A stretch of DNA of 37,929 nucleotides, from assembly GCA_034660595.1 (NCBI GenBank), contig JAYEJO010000095.1, forward strand, positions 1-37,929. Direction: 5' to 3'. The DNA comes from Candidatus Caldatribacteriota bacterium (GTDB lineage Bacteria; Atribacterota; Phoenicimicrobiia; Phoenicimicrobiales; Phoenicimicrobiaceae). Each line of letters opens with the position of its first letter. The first letter of the stretch is position 1. The translations under genes were made by a program, and so were the position numbers. Shown piece after piece: positions 26,831 to 36,474 of the stretch. The notes beneath the pieces were generated by a model. It made no database searches, was not told the origin of the DNA, and worked only from the letters and a program-made list of their open reading frames with translations.

Positions 26831-28141
26831 ACTTCTATACTCCACCGGTATATATTCTCGGCATTTTTTGGGAACATAAATCTCTTTAAACTTGGCAAAT
26901 CGTGGGAGCGGACTTCCGATAAGAGGCAAAGCCCATTCGATAAATTCATCAGTTACATCTACTTTATCTACACTAATCCACCCTTGGGGGAACTTCCTTT
27001 CTGAATTTGCCACGACATCCAGTGGCACTTTGTCATAGGTAATTTTATAAATTCCACCGGGCTTTCTTATTATGGTTGACATAAAACCATTTTCTCCGGA
27101 TAGAGCAGTTTGGGCGGCATGTGCTCCCACCCGGTAGGCTTCTTCTCTGTCAACTTCCGATACATAGGCAATCTCGCGCCGCTGGCGGGTACCCGGTCTT
27201 TCCGAGCGAGCTATCCCTTTAACTATTAGTCTACTCTCAGCTCTTCCCTGATTATCCTTTCTGTCTGTCCCATTTAGATGATTAATCAGTAATTGTTCAA
27301 CTGTTCTTTTGGATGCACTAAATTGAGGATGACCAAAATTATCCCGCAATATTCCTAAATCCCCAACATTTATTCCCTCCCCGATAACCACTATACATCT
27401 ACTATAATCCTTCAATTTTCTATTAACTTTCTCAGTAATAAATTCCAGATTACCTGAAAAATCATCTTTAGATAAAGCTTCAGGAAGTATAATGAGTAAG
27501 GGCATCTTTCTTTCCGGATCAGCTAAACGCGCTGCTGCCGGGATAAAACCAATCTTTCTGCCCATTACTCCGATAACCAGGATCGGGTCACTGGTATAAC
27601 TGGCCTTATTCTCTTCATTTGCTTCCAAAATATTAATAGCTAAATTCCGAGCCACACTTCCATACCCCGGGTCATGGTCACAAATCGCAAATGTACCATC
27701 TTTCTGTAAAGGTCCTCCCACGTCATTATCAATAGTTTTAGGTATGCCGGTACAAATCAGTTCTAAATTTTCTTTTTGAGCTAATTCACTCACTTTGTTG
27801 GCTGTATCCATGGAATCTCCGCCACCACAATAAAAGAAATATCCCACATTATGTTTTTTGAAGACTTCGATAATACGGACTAAATCCTCATCATTTTTTA
27901 TTTTATATCGGCAGCTGCCGATGGTGCCAGCTGAAGGAGTTTCCGCTAATAAAGCTATCTGGTGAGGTTCTTGAGCAGAGATATCCATCAACTCTTCTTC
28001 TAAAACCCCCAGGATACCCATTTTTGCACCATATATCTTATCAACTTTTTTAGAGAGAATTAATTCATCAATTGCCCCTTTAACGCTATTATTTATTACT
28101 GAGGTGGGGCCGCCTGATTGGGCTATAATTGCATTTTTCAT
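26825..28141 (-). CDS. pfp: Phosphofructokinase-family enzyme, PPi-dependent signature (clade B2-like)
   Basis: AQSGGPT, GSCRYK, GGGDS (Asp) and PKTIDND (Lys), the two PPi determinants; MGR present. Confidence 0.85.
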   Translation of the reverse strand: MKNAIIAQSGGPTSVINNSVKGAIDELILSKKVDKIYGAKMGILGVLEEELMDISAQEPHQIALLAETPSAGTIGSCRYKIKNDEDLVRIIEVFKKHNVGYFFYCGGGDSMDTANKVSELAQKENLELICTGIPKTIDNDVGGPLQKDGTFAICDHDPGYGSVARNLAINILEANEENKASYTSDPILVIGVMGRKIGFIPAAARLADPERKMPLLIILPEALSKDDFSGNLEFITEKVNRKLKDYSRCIVVIGEGINVGDLGILRDNFGHPQFSASKRTVEQLLINHLNGTDRKDNQGRAESRLIVKGIARSERPGTRQRREIAYVSEVDREEAYRVGAHAAQTALSGENGFMSTIIRKPGGIYKITYDKVPLDVVANSERKFPQGWISVDKVDVTDEFIEWALPLIGSPLPRFAKFKEIYVPKKCREYIPVEYRSK

Positions 28142-28166
28142 TTGTTTAATCTCCTCCTTTATGGTT

Positions 28167-28200
28167 GATTACACAGATTATGAATAGATTACATCGATTA
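28167..28200. repeat. Short GATTACACA-type tandem repeat
   Basis: gattacaca-gatta-tgaata-gattacatc-gatta. Confidence 0.5.
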
Positions 28201-28212
28201 TAGGAAGATTGC

Positions 28213-29334
28213 TCAGATTAGACCTGGGTGTAGTAAGGTTTTAATTAAATAGATATTTTTTGTATCAAATTCTAAAGAAACCTTTTCTCCTTCTTTATAT
28301 ATACCATGCCTAAGCGGGTTAGAAATCTGCACAGTAAGGGTTTTTTTATTTGATTCCACCTCATAAATAACCTCTAAACCTAAATAAGTTACCAATTTTA
28401 CCTCTCCGGAAAAAACGCCTTTACCTTCAGGTAATAAATCGATCATCTCCGGCCTGACAACCAACATAACCTCATCTCCTTTAGAAAATTCAGGAAATCC
28501 TTTAAAGGTAAACATTTTATTCCAGATTTCTACTTCTACTTTACCATTACTACTTTCCATCACTTTTCCATTCAAAAAATTGGTTTGCTTTCCGATAAAA
28601 TCGGCTACAAATTTATTCCTGGGTTGAGCATAAATCTCTTCCGGTGTTCCCAGCTGTTCAATTCTTCCCAGATTCATTACTACAATCTTGTCGGATAAGC
28701 TCATCGCTTCTTCCTGATCATGAGTTACGTAAATAGAAGTTATATTCAATTTTTTCTGCAATTTTCTGATTTCAGTTCTCATCTTTACCCTTAATTTAGC
28801 ATCTAAATTAGACAAAGGTTCATCAAATAATAACACCTTGGGTTCATTGACTATTGCCCGGGCGAGAGCTACTCTCTGCTGCTGGCCGCCAGAAATTTGA
28901 GCCACCGGCCGATTTTCCATCCCCTTTAGACCGATTAACTCTAATATCTTCCGGACTTTTTCTTTTATCTCCTGCTTGGGGAGTCCTTTTATTTCGAGGC
29001 CATAACTTATATTCTGATAAATATTCATATGAGGAAAAAGAGCATAACTCTGAAATACCATAATAGTTTCCCTTTTATTGGCCGGGATATCATTTATTTT
29101 GACTCCATCAAGATATATTTCGCCCTTGGTTACATCTTCAAACCCCCCAATCATTCTCAAGGTTGTGGTCTTGCCACAGCCCGAGGGACCTAGGAGGGTA
29201 ATCATTTCCCCTTTATTTATTTTGAGGTCAACCTTATTTACTGCAATAATTTTTTCTTCCTCATAGGGGCTGGTAAATTCTTTAGTTACGTTTCTTAATT
29301 CTAAATAGACTTGGTTCATTTTTTTCAACTCCAA
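28213..29334 (-). CDS. ABC ATPase, FbpC/AfuC/PotA type
   Basis: GPSGCGKTT, FQSYALFPH, ISGGQQQR, DEPLSNLD, TOBE region. Confidence 0.94.
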   Translation of the reverse strand: MELKKMNQVYLELRNVTKEFTSPYEEEKIIAVNKVDLKINKGEMITLLGPSGCGKTTTLRMIGGFEDVTKGEIYLDGVKINDIPANKRETIMVFQSYALFPHMNIYQNISYGLEIKGLPKQEIKEKVRKILELIGLKGMENRPVAQISGGQQQRVALARAIVNEPKVLLFDEPLSNLDAKLRVKMRTEIRKLQKKLNITSIYVTHDQEEAMSLSDKIVVMNLGRIEQLGTPEEIYAQPRNKFVADFIGKQTNFLNGKVMESSNGKVEVEIWNKMFTFKGFPEFSKGDEVMLVVRPEMIDLLPEGKGVFSGEVKLVTYLGLEVIYEVESNKKTLTVQISNPLRHGIYKEGEKVSLEFDTKNIYLIKTLLHPGLI

Positions 29335-31026
29335 TTACTGTAAGGTAATTCTTTTCCCCTGGGCTATTCTATCAACTAGAAGTTGTATTAATCCAAGGGC
29401 TAATAAAATAAATATAATAATGGTTATAGAAAAAGCCGCAGCCTGGGAAAGGTCCGCATTTTCCACAGAACCCAGGATGGCTACGGTAATCAAATTCCAT
29501 TTTCCGGATACTACAAAAATAATTGCACTTATGGCGGTCATACATTTAACAAAAGAAAAGGCTAATCCGGAGAAAAATGCCGGAGTTATCATAGGAAGAG
29601 TAATTTTTCTAAAAGTAGTTGAACTATCTGCTCCTAAATCGGTGGAAGCCTCTTCAATATAAGGGTCAATCTGCTGTAACTCGGCAATCCCTGCCCTAAT
29701 ACCTACCGGAATCCTTCGAAAAATAAATAAAATAATTATTATGGAAGCAGTCCCGGTCAAAAGCAAAGGACGTTGGTTAAAGGCTAAAATATAACCGATA
29801 CCCACAACTGTTCCGGGAACAGCAAAACTGAGCATGGAAACTACCTCCATTAACCCCTTGCCGGGGAATTTTTTTCTTACTACCAGAAAAGCAATAATCA
29901 TTCCTAAAATCCCGGAAATGGGAGTGGCAATAGAAGACAAAAGCAGAGTATCTTTAATAAACTCCCAACCGACTGTAAAGACATGCCGGTAATTATCTAA
30001 AGTCAAAGCATTATTCGCTCCCCAGACCTTCACAAACGAACCCCCTACAACCATTCCATAAAATAGCAATATCACCCCGGTTAAAAAGAAACATATTCCT
30101 AATACTGAATACTTAATTGCTGGTTCATCTGTTTTTATCCGTCCAGCAGATGGTTTACCGGTAACAGTAACATAAGATTTTTTACTAACCCAGTATTTTT
30201 GTAAGAAAAAAGCAATTAAAGAAGGGATTAAAAGTAAAAGGGCCAGGGCTGCTCCTCCTTTTAAGTCATACATACCGGTTATTCTTAAATAAGCCTGTAC
30301 CGAAAGTACTGAATAATTTCCGGAAATAATCATAGGATTTCCGAAATCAGCAAGTGATTGAGTAAATACTAAAAGCAAAGCACTGGCAATCCCCGGAGTA
30401 GCCAGGGGGAGGGTAATAGTCCTGAAAACCTTACCCTTGGAAGCACCTAAATCCAAGGCGGCGTCTTCTAAAGCCGGATCTATTGCTTGTAACACCCCAA
30501 AAAGGGTTAAAAAGGCAGTGGGGAAATATGCCAGAGTCTCAACTATTACCAAACCGTTAAATCCATAAATTTCAAAATTAAAATATTCATTGAATAAATG
30601 TTTAGTGATTAATCCATTGTTTCCGAACAACATAATTGCTGCTAGAGAAATTACAAAAGGCGGGGATACTATAGGAAAGGTAGCTACCACCCTAAAAAAT
30701 TTTTTAAAAGGTATCTCTACTCTGGTAATGGCATAGGCAAAAATAAATCCGATCGCTGTCCCTAAAAAAGAAACAGTCATTCCTAATTTAAGACTATTAA
30801 ATAATGGACGTCGATTATAACTCTTGCTTAGCAATTTCCAGAAAGTTGCTAAAGTAAAATGGCCGTCTTCAACAAGACTAATCTGAAATATCTTATATAA
30901 GGGGAGTATTACAAATAAAAAAAGCGAAATTCCAATCAGAGTTATAACACTTAATAATAACGGTTCTTTTAATAGTTTCTTGATGTCGATCTTGGTTTTT
31001 TTAAAGTATAAAGTAATACTATTCAT
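29335..31026 (-). CDS. Fused two-domain ABC permease, FbpB/AfuB type
   Basis: Two EAA motifs (LEDAALDLGA, IEEASTDLGA), LADFGNP, VPGTVVG. Confidence 0.92.
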   Translation of the reverse strand: MNSITLYFKKTKIDIKKLLKEPLLLSVITLIGISLFLFVILPLYKIFQISLVEDGHFTLATFWKLLSKSYNRRPLFNSLKLGMTVSFLGTAIGFIFAYAITRVEIPFKKFFRVVATFPIVSPPFVISLAAIMLFGNNGLITKHLFNEYFNFEIYGFNGLVIVETLAYFPTAFLTLFGVLQAIDPALEDAALDLGASKGKVFRTITLPLATPGIASALLLVFTQSLADFGNPMIISGNYSVLSVQAYLRITGMYDLKGGAALALLLLIPSLIAFFLQKYWVSKKSYVTVTGKPSAGRIKTDEPAIKYSVLGICFFLTGVILLFYGMVVGGSFVKVWGANNALTLDNYRHVFTVGWEFIKDTLLLSSIATPISGILGMIIAFLVVRKKFPGKGLMEVVSMLSFAVPGTVVGIGYILAFNQRPLLLTGTASIIIILFIFRRIPVGIRAGIAELQQIDPYIEEASTDLGADSSTTFRKITLPMITPAFFSGLAFSFVKCMTAISAIIFVVSGKWNLITVAILGSVENADLSQAAAFSITIIIFILLALGLIQLLVDRIAQGKRITLQ

Positions 31027-31056
31027 ATTTTATTATAAGATACCTCAATTTTTATT

Positions 31057-31088
31057 CCCTGCGGGAGAGCAAAAACCCTCCCACAGGG
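31057..31088 (-). terminator. Stem-loop 3' of the SBP gene
   Basis: ccctgcgggag-N10-ctcccacaggg. Confidence 0.6.
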
Positions 31089-31101
31089 TTATTTCTGATT
31101 T

Positions 31102-32106
31102 TTATTGGCCTATTCTATCTCTCCATCTTTCAATTAATCTTTCTTTATTATTTCCTGCCCAAACTGCATCAAATTCAATCAAATTAATCTCTGAAGCCGG
31201 AATCGCACCTTCAACAATCTCTGCTTCGGGATTTAAAGGTATTCTAAACCAGGCTTTCATTAATTCTTGAGCTTTTTTTGATAATATCCAATCGATAAAT
31301 TTTTTAGCCAGCTCGGGTTCCGGGCCGCCTTTAATTAAGGCCATAGCCCCAATTTCATAACCGGTCCCCTCTGAAGGTAAAGTCAATGCAACGGGATAAC
31401 CTGCGGAAGGTCCTTTCTTTATAACATCATGTGAAAAAGCAATACCTACCGCTACCTCACCTAAGCCCACCTGTGTAACACAAGCAGAACCTGACTTATT
31501 ATAGTGATGGATATTTTTATCCAGTTTTTCCCAATAGTCAAAGGCTTCGTCCTCTCCCATCAATTGCACCAAAGTAGCTAAAACAGTATAAGCAGTTCCT
31601 GAAGTATAAGGATAAGCCAAAGAGATCTTTCCTTTTAGTTCGGGTTTTAATAAATCTTGCCAGGAAGTAGGATATTCCATCCCTATTTCTTTAAAGAATT
31701 CGGTATTGCTGGCAAAACCTATTCCTCCGAAATAAAAACCAGTCCACATATTATCCGGGTCTTTTTGACTAGGAGTTAAGAAGCTTTTACCTACCGGAGA
31801 TTCATAAGGAGCTAAAAGACCAAAATTGTTGGCAGCAATGTATTCGGGAGAAGGTCCGCCAAACCAGAGACTAACTTGAGGATTATTTGCCTCGGCTCTT
31901 AATCTGGTTAGAACTTCACCAGCTGACATTCTGACCCAGTCCACTTTAATTCCCGTATCTTTTTCAAATGCCTCAATATAAATCTTGGCTTCATTGGTAT
32001 CAAGAGCAGTGTAAGCATGTAAAACCTCTGCTGCTAAAGCCTGTCCGCTAAATACTAAAACAAAAGTGAGCAATAATGCCCAAACTATCATTTTTGAAAA
32101 TTTCAT
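31102..32106 (-). CDS. ABC solute-binding protein, Fe3+/sugar-phosphate (FbpA/AfuA-like) family
   Basis: Signal peptide (...QALA), MSAGE..RLRAE.NPQ, WFGG, PYTSGTAY, EGTGYEIG. Confidence 0.88.
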   Translation of the reverse strand: MKFSKMIVWALLLTFVLVFSGQALAAEVLHAYTALDTNEAKIYIEAFEKDTGIKVDWVRMSAGEVLTRLRAEANNPQVSLWFGGPSPEYIAANNFGLLAPYESPVGKSFLTPSQKDPDNMWTGFYFGGIGFASNTEFFKEIGMEYPTSWQDLLKPELKGKISLAYPYTSGTAYTVLATLVQLMGEDEAFDYWEKLDKNIHHYNKSGSACVTQVGLGEVAVGIAFSHDVIKKGPSAGYPVALTLPSEGTGYEIGAMALIKGGPEPELAKKFIDWILSKKAQELMKAWFRIPLNPEAEIVEGAIPASEINLIEFDAVWAGNNKERLIERWRDRIGQ

Positions 32107-32329
32107 TTAATACCTCCTTGATATTTTTAAAATTTTTACGAACTTCAATTATCAACTAAAATTAATGACTTTCTTCAATCTTTCTTCTTTTCCACCCCCC
32201 TTGTTTTTATTTTGGTCGGTTATTCCTAAAGACCTAAGTTAAGTAATGCACGCCCTCTTATATAAATTAATTTTTCTGAGTTTATTTTATTATATCAAAT
32301 TGAAAAAAATTTAGCAGTAATTTCGCGTT

Positions 32330-33616
32330 TTAGTCTTCTGTCTTTCTTTTTAAAAGGTATTTTCCCCCATTTTCAATCCATAGTTTCCTTGGACTGATAA
32401 AATCTTCCTTACGGATTGAATCAGGATTACGATAACCTAATCCTACTGATTCACAAATATCTTTAGAAATTCCGGTCGCTAAAGTGACTTTAAAATTAAA
32501 CTCTTCTTTCCCGGAATTAACATCAAAACTTCCCGCTCCTCTTACATTTATAACATGGGCAGCAATATTCTTACTAAATTCGGGATTTGATTCTAAATAT
32601 TTCTTCACATAATCTTTACAATGATATCCTATCTGTCTTAAGGCAAGATCCATCTCCGGTCGAGAATGAAAACAATTAATATGAGGTGCATAAATAATAA
32701 TCTCCCCACCTGAAGCCATAACTCCAGGACTCTGCAATTTATAAGAACCTTTCCCGGCAGTCCAAATCTCATCATAACTTTTATCAATCACCTGGACAGC
32801 ACACTCAAGAGGTTTATCTATGTAAACTATATGGAGTTGAGAGCTCGCTTTTGCCGCTTGTTTATAAGCCTTGATAAAACCATCGAACCCCCCACCTACA
32901 TATAGACCTTTTGGTATTACCCGATGTCCTGTTTCCTCAAAAACCATATTAAATGAGAGGGCTGGTACTTTTATTTTATTAAAAACATAAGAAGAGCCTT
33001 TATTTATAACTTCCCGGGCTGAATTATTAATAGAACCAATTATTTTAGGAATCCCCACGATAACCGCTGCCCAGTGAAAAAAATCAATTACTCCAGGACC
33101 GGAGATACCGGGAAAAAATACTTTTAATCCACCGGCATAACCGGCAGCTTCATGGGGAACTGTTCCACTTAAGGTAATAATCAAATCATAATCTTCCGTA
33201 ATTAATTTATTTACCACTACCGGAATAGACTGAGAAAGTTCACCTTGAGTTTTTTCCGCTACAAAAGAGGCGGGAATCTCCCCCACCGTCATCAGTTGTT
33301 GGGGGTCATTATATTCATGATTGTAATAATTATCAAAATTAATCTGAGAGGGAAGGCCCAATTTACTCCGGATCTCTTCTTCGGTCATTGACCGGTGGGT
33401 ACCACCGGCATTTAAAGAATCAATTTGACTCATTCCTTTATTTTTTAACTCTTGATAGATAAGGGGAATTAATTTATCGGTAAAGTCTGTTCTGGTGTAA
33501 TCAGGATGAATTAAAAGAACTTTTTTTACAGATTTAAAATCTTTGAGGCTTTCCTTTACAATTTCCTCTAATTGTTCTTCTGTTAATTCTCCTTTAAGAT
33601 TTTCGATTGATAGCAA
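32330..33616 (-). CDS. LarA (lactate racemase)-superfamily epimerase; candidate mannonate/gluconate 2-epimerase
   Basis: PDYTR, GTH, PHEAAGYAGGLK, FHW and AGKG match the Asp/Arg/His/His/Lys/His/Lys nickel-pincer site; substrate inferred from context. Confidence 0.82.
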   Translation of the reverse strand: MLSIENLKGELTEEQLEEIVKESLKDFKSVKKVLLIHPDYTRTDFTDKLIPLIYQELKNKGMSQIDSLNAGGTHRSMTEEEIRSKLGLPSQINFDNYYNHEYNDPQQLMTVGEIPASFVAEKTQGELSQSIPVVVNKLITEDYDLIITLSGTVPHEAAGYAGGLKVFFPGISGPGVIDFFHWAAVIVGIPKIIGSINNSAREVINKGSSYVFNKIKVPALSFNMVFEETGHRVIPKGLYVGGGFDGFIKAYKQAAKASSQLHIVYIDKPLECAVQVIDKSYDEIWTAGKGSYKLQSPGVMASGGEIIIYAPHINCFHSRPEMDLALRQIGYHCKDYVKKYLESNPEFSKNIAAHVINVRGAGSFDVNSGKEEFNFKVTLATGISKDICESVGLGYRNPDSIRKEDFISPRKLWIENGGKYLLKRKTED

Positions 33617-33679
33617 TTTTTTATTACCTCACAAAATCATCATTAAATATTTTTTAATCTTTACAACTATTCTGGTATC

Positions 33680-33829
33680 CAGAAGTCAGTAGTCAGAATT
33701 CAGGATTCTGGCTCCTGACTTCTATTTTCTTTACGAGATACTATCCACGAGATACGAGATACGAATTCAATTTTGCACTTTTCGTTTTTCAGTATATCCT
33801 AAACGCTATACGCTGTCCGCTCTACGCTA
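33680..33829. repeat. Mixed heptamer arrays between gnd and the larA-like gene
   Basis: cagaagt-cagtagt-cagaatt / ttctggc-tcctgac-ttct; acgagat x3; taaacgc-tatacgc-tgtccgc-tctacgc abutting the gnd stop. Confidence 0.8.
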
Positions 33830-35320
33830 TTACTTTGTCCATTCCTCTTCCGGGCGTCCGGGCAGCATCCATTCGGTATGAAACTCTCTAATCTTTCCCT
33901 CTGGGGCAGTCATTACTTCCGGATCATCTACCCCTTCTAATTTAAAGTAACCATGTGCCCCAAAATAATCTCGTTGCAGGGCTGATACCTGAGCAGATAC
34001 CATAACCGGACTGGCCAGTTGAAGAATATAATCAAAAGCATTATCCATAGCTGGAGCAGGCACCCCTACCCGATGAGCAATCTCCATAAAGTTGGCTAAT
34101 TTTTTAAGGTCTTGTTTAACCACTTCAGCGAATCGAGGAGCAGTTAAAAGATTGGGTATTTCCGGATTTTTTTCGTAGGCCTTGGTAACTTCATCTAAAA
34201 ACTGAGCCCGAATTATACACCCACTTCGCCACCCCTTAACAATTTCTCCTAAATTAAGGTCCCATTTATATTCCCTGGAAGCAGCCTGTAATAAAGCCAT
34301 GCCCTGGGCGTAAGAAGAAATCTTAGCCAGATATAGGGCATCATGGGCGATTTCGACAAACTGTTCTTTTTCTCCTACATATTTTCCCTTAAAAGTAGAT
34401 AATTTTTTGGATACTTTTAGTCTTAAGTCTTTATCCTGGGACATCTCCCGAGAGAAAACCGCAGCAGTAATAGTGGGTATAGGGACTAACAGTTCTAAAG
34501 CACTTTGCACTGTCCAGGTCCCAGTTCCTTTCATCCTGGTAATGTCAGCAGTTCGGTCAACCAGATACTCGCCACTCTTCTTATCCTTCTCTTTCATACT
34601 TTCCCCGGTTATTTCTATCAAGTAAGATTGAAGTACGTCATCATTGCTGTTCCAACTGGTCATAATCTGAGCAATCTCTTCCGAATTCATATCTAAAGCA
34701 TTTTTAAAAACCCAAACACATTCTCCTATCAACTGCATATCTCCATACTCAATGCCATTATGGACCATCTTTACAAAATGACCTGCTCCGTCCGGACCGA
34801 TATAAGAAACACAGGGAACGCCATCATAAGCTTTAGCTGCAATCTTTTTAAATATATCTTCCACTAGATTATAGGCTTCTCTTTGCCCGCCAGGCATTAT
34901 AGCAGGGCCCCTTAAAGCCCCTTCTTCCCCTCCAGAAATACCTGTTCCGATAAATAATAATCCTAAATCATTTAATTCTCTATTACGTCTTACCGTGTCT
35001 TTGAAATAAGAATTACCCGCATCAATAATCAAATCACCTTTATCTAATAAAGGAATGAGTTTTACTATAAAATCATCAACGGGTTTTCCCTGCTTTACCA
35101 GTAAAATTATCTTACGAGGAGATTCCAAAGAATTTACAAATTCCTCTAAAGAATAAGCGGGTAATATATTTTTACCTTTAGCTGCGCCTTTGGCAAAATC
35201 TTCTGTTTTAGCGCTGGTTCTATTATAAACAGCTATCGAATAGCCTTTATCCTCCATATTTAAAATTAAATTTTGGCCCATTACTCCCAAGCCAATCAAT
35301 CCAATATTTTCTTTTTTCAT
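33830..35320 (-). CDS. gnd: 6-phosphogluconate dehydrogenase, decarboxylating, NADP-type
   Basis: GLGVMG, YNRT, SGGEEGA, GHFVKMVHNGIEYGDMQ, KGTG, GCIIRA, QRDYFGAH. Confidence 0.97.
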   Translation of the reverse strand: MKKENIGLIGLGVMGQNLILNMEDKGYSIAVYNRTSAKTEDFAKGAAKGKNILPAYSLEEFVNSLESPRKIILLVKQGKPVDDFIVKLIPLLDKGDLIIDAGNSYFKDTVRRNRELNDLGLLFIGTGISGGEEGALRGPAIMPGGQREAYNLVEDIFKKIAAKAYDGVPCVSYIGPDGAGHFVKMVHNGIEYGDMQLIGECVWVFKNALDMNSEEIAQIMTSWNSNDDVLQSYLIEITGESMKEKDKKSGEYLVDRTADITRMKGTGTWTVQSALELLVPIPTITAAVFSREMSQDKDLRLKVSKKLSTFKGKYVGEKEQFVEIAHDALYLAKISSYAQGMALLQAASREYKWDLNLGEIVKGWRSGCIIRAQFLDEVTKAYEKNPEIPNLLTAPRFAEVVKQDLKKLANFMEIAHRVGVPAPAMDNAFDYILQLASPVMVSAQVSALQRDYFGAHGYFKLEGVDDPEVMTAPEGKIREFHTEWMLPGRPEEEWTK

Positions 35321-35344
35321 TTTTTTCCTCTCCTATATTAATAG

Positions 35345-35590
35345 TTGTCTAGTTAACTGGTTTGTCGGTTAATTGGTTATTAATATTAATTTCAATATAC
35401 TTATTCCTCAGCCAGCTAACCAGATAACCAACTAATTATCTAACTCTTTACTTATTACTCATTACACATTACTTGTTGTAGTATTTATTAACTACATACT
35501 CGCTCGATACTATTTTCTTCAGAACTTCTGACTTTTTCTTTCTTAATTTTATTTTTTCACGCGATACTCGATACGCGATACGCGATACTA
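35345..35590. repeat. Mixed octamer/heptamer arrays between the SDR gene and gnd
   Basis: ttaactgg-tttgtcgg-ttaattgg / ccagctaa-ccagataa-ccaactaa; ttactta-ttactca-ttacaca-ttacttg; cgcgata-ctcgata-cgcgata-cgcgata abutting the SDR stop. Confidence 0.8.
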
Positions 35591-35591
35591 A

Positions 35592-36416
35592 TTAGACTCC
35601 CGAAAATGCACTAAACCCTCCATCTATGGGAACAATAATTCCGGTTACAAATTTTGAGGCATCAGAGGCCAGCCAGACACACGCTCCGATTAAATCTTCC
35701 GGGTCACCAAACTTATCCATGGGAGTGTGGGCAATAATAGTTTCTCCTCTGGGGGTTAGACTGCCATCTTCATTGGTAAGCAAAAAACGATTCTGGCTGG
35801 TGAGAAAAAATCCCGGGGCAATTGCATTTACTCGCAATCTTTTATTATATTCCTGGGAAAAATGAACCGCTAACCACTGGGTAAAATTACTCACTGCTGC
35901 CTTGGCGGCAGAATATCCGGGTATCCGGGTAAGCGGACGGAAGGCGTTCATAGACGAAATATTTATAATAGACCCGCCATCCTGATTTTTTATCATATCC
36001 TTTCCAAAAACCTGTGAAGGAAGTACAGCTCCTCCAAATAAATTAAGACCAACTACTTTCTCCAAAGCAGAAAGAGGAAGGTCAAAAAATTTTAAGTCTT
36101 CTGAAGTAGTCGCCTCTTTCATATTCCCCCCGGCGGCATTAAGTAAGATATCAACTTTACCAAAATCTCTGATTACCTCATCTCTGCAAACTTTTACTTT
36201 CTCAATATCCATTACATTTATGTAATAACCTCTAGCTTCTGTCCCTTCTGATTTTAATTCTTGTGCCGCTTTATCGGCATTTACAATATCGCAAAGGGCT
36301 ATTTTAGCACCGGCCTTACCTAATCCCCTGGCAATAGCAGAACCTAAAACCCCGGCACCTCCGGTAATTACTGCAGTCTTACCTTCCAAGCTAAACATTT
36401 CTAAAACTTCTCTCAT
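35592..36416 (-). CDS. uxuB: SDR D-mannonate oxidoreductase / fructuronate reductase (UxuB-like)
   Basis: TGGAGVLG, NAAGGN, NISSM, PLTRIPGYSAAK, PGFFLTSQNR; next to uxaE. Confidence 0.82.
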   Translation of the reverse strand: MREVLEMFSLEGKTAVITGGAGVLGSAIARGLGKAGAKIALCDIVNADKAAQELKSEGTEARGYYINVMDIEKVKVCRDEVIRDFGKVDILLNAAGGNMKEATTSEDLKFFDLPLSALEKVVGLNLFGGAVLPSQVFGKDMIKNQDGGSIINISSMNAFRPLTRIPGYSAAKAAVSNFTQWLAVHFSQEYNKRLRVNAIAPGFFLTSQNRFLLTNEDGSLTPRGETIIAHTPMDKFGDPEDLIGACVWLASDASKFVTGIIVPIDGGFSAFSGV

Positions 36417-36474
36417 TGATGCCCTCCTTCTTACTATTCTTAAATTCGATAGTTTTATAAATAACTATATATAA

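Noticed and set aside
26741-27004. 87-aa plus-strand ORF rich in L/T/Y/C
   Set aside because: Translation of the heptamer array and antisense to pfk
32330-33616. Calling the LarA homolog a true lactate racemase
   Set aside because: Sugar-acid context, no lar operon, and the superfamily has many other substrates
8775-34696. Other short overlapping ORFs (8775, 9107, 11996, 14931, 16398, 19962, 22280, 23667, 24589, 24647, 25008, 28854, 29078, 29420, 30980, 34407, 34505)
   Set aside because: Antisense or out-of-frame within well-supported genes; no independent evidence
35626-35865. 79-aa plus-strand ORF
   Set aside because: Typical antisense ORF of an SDR gene
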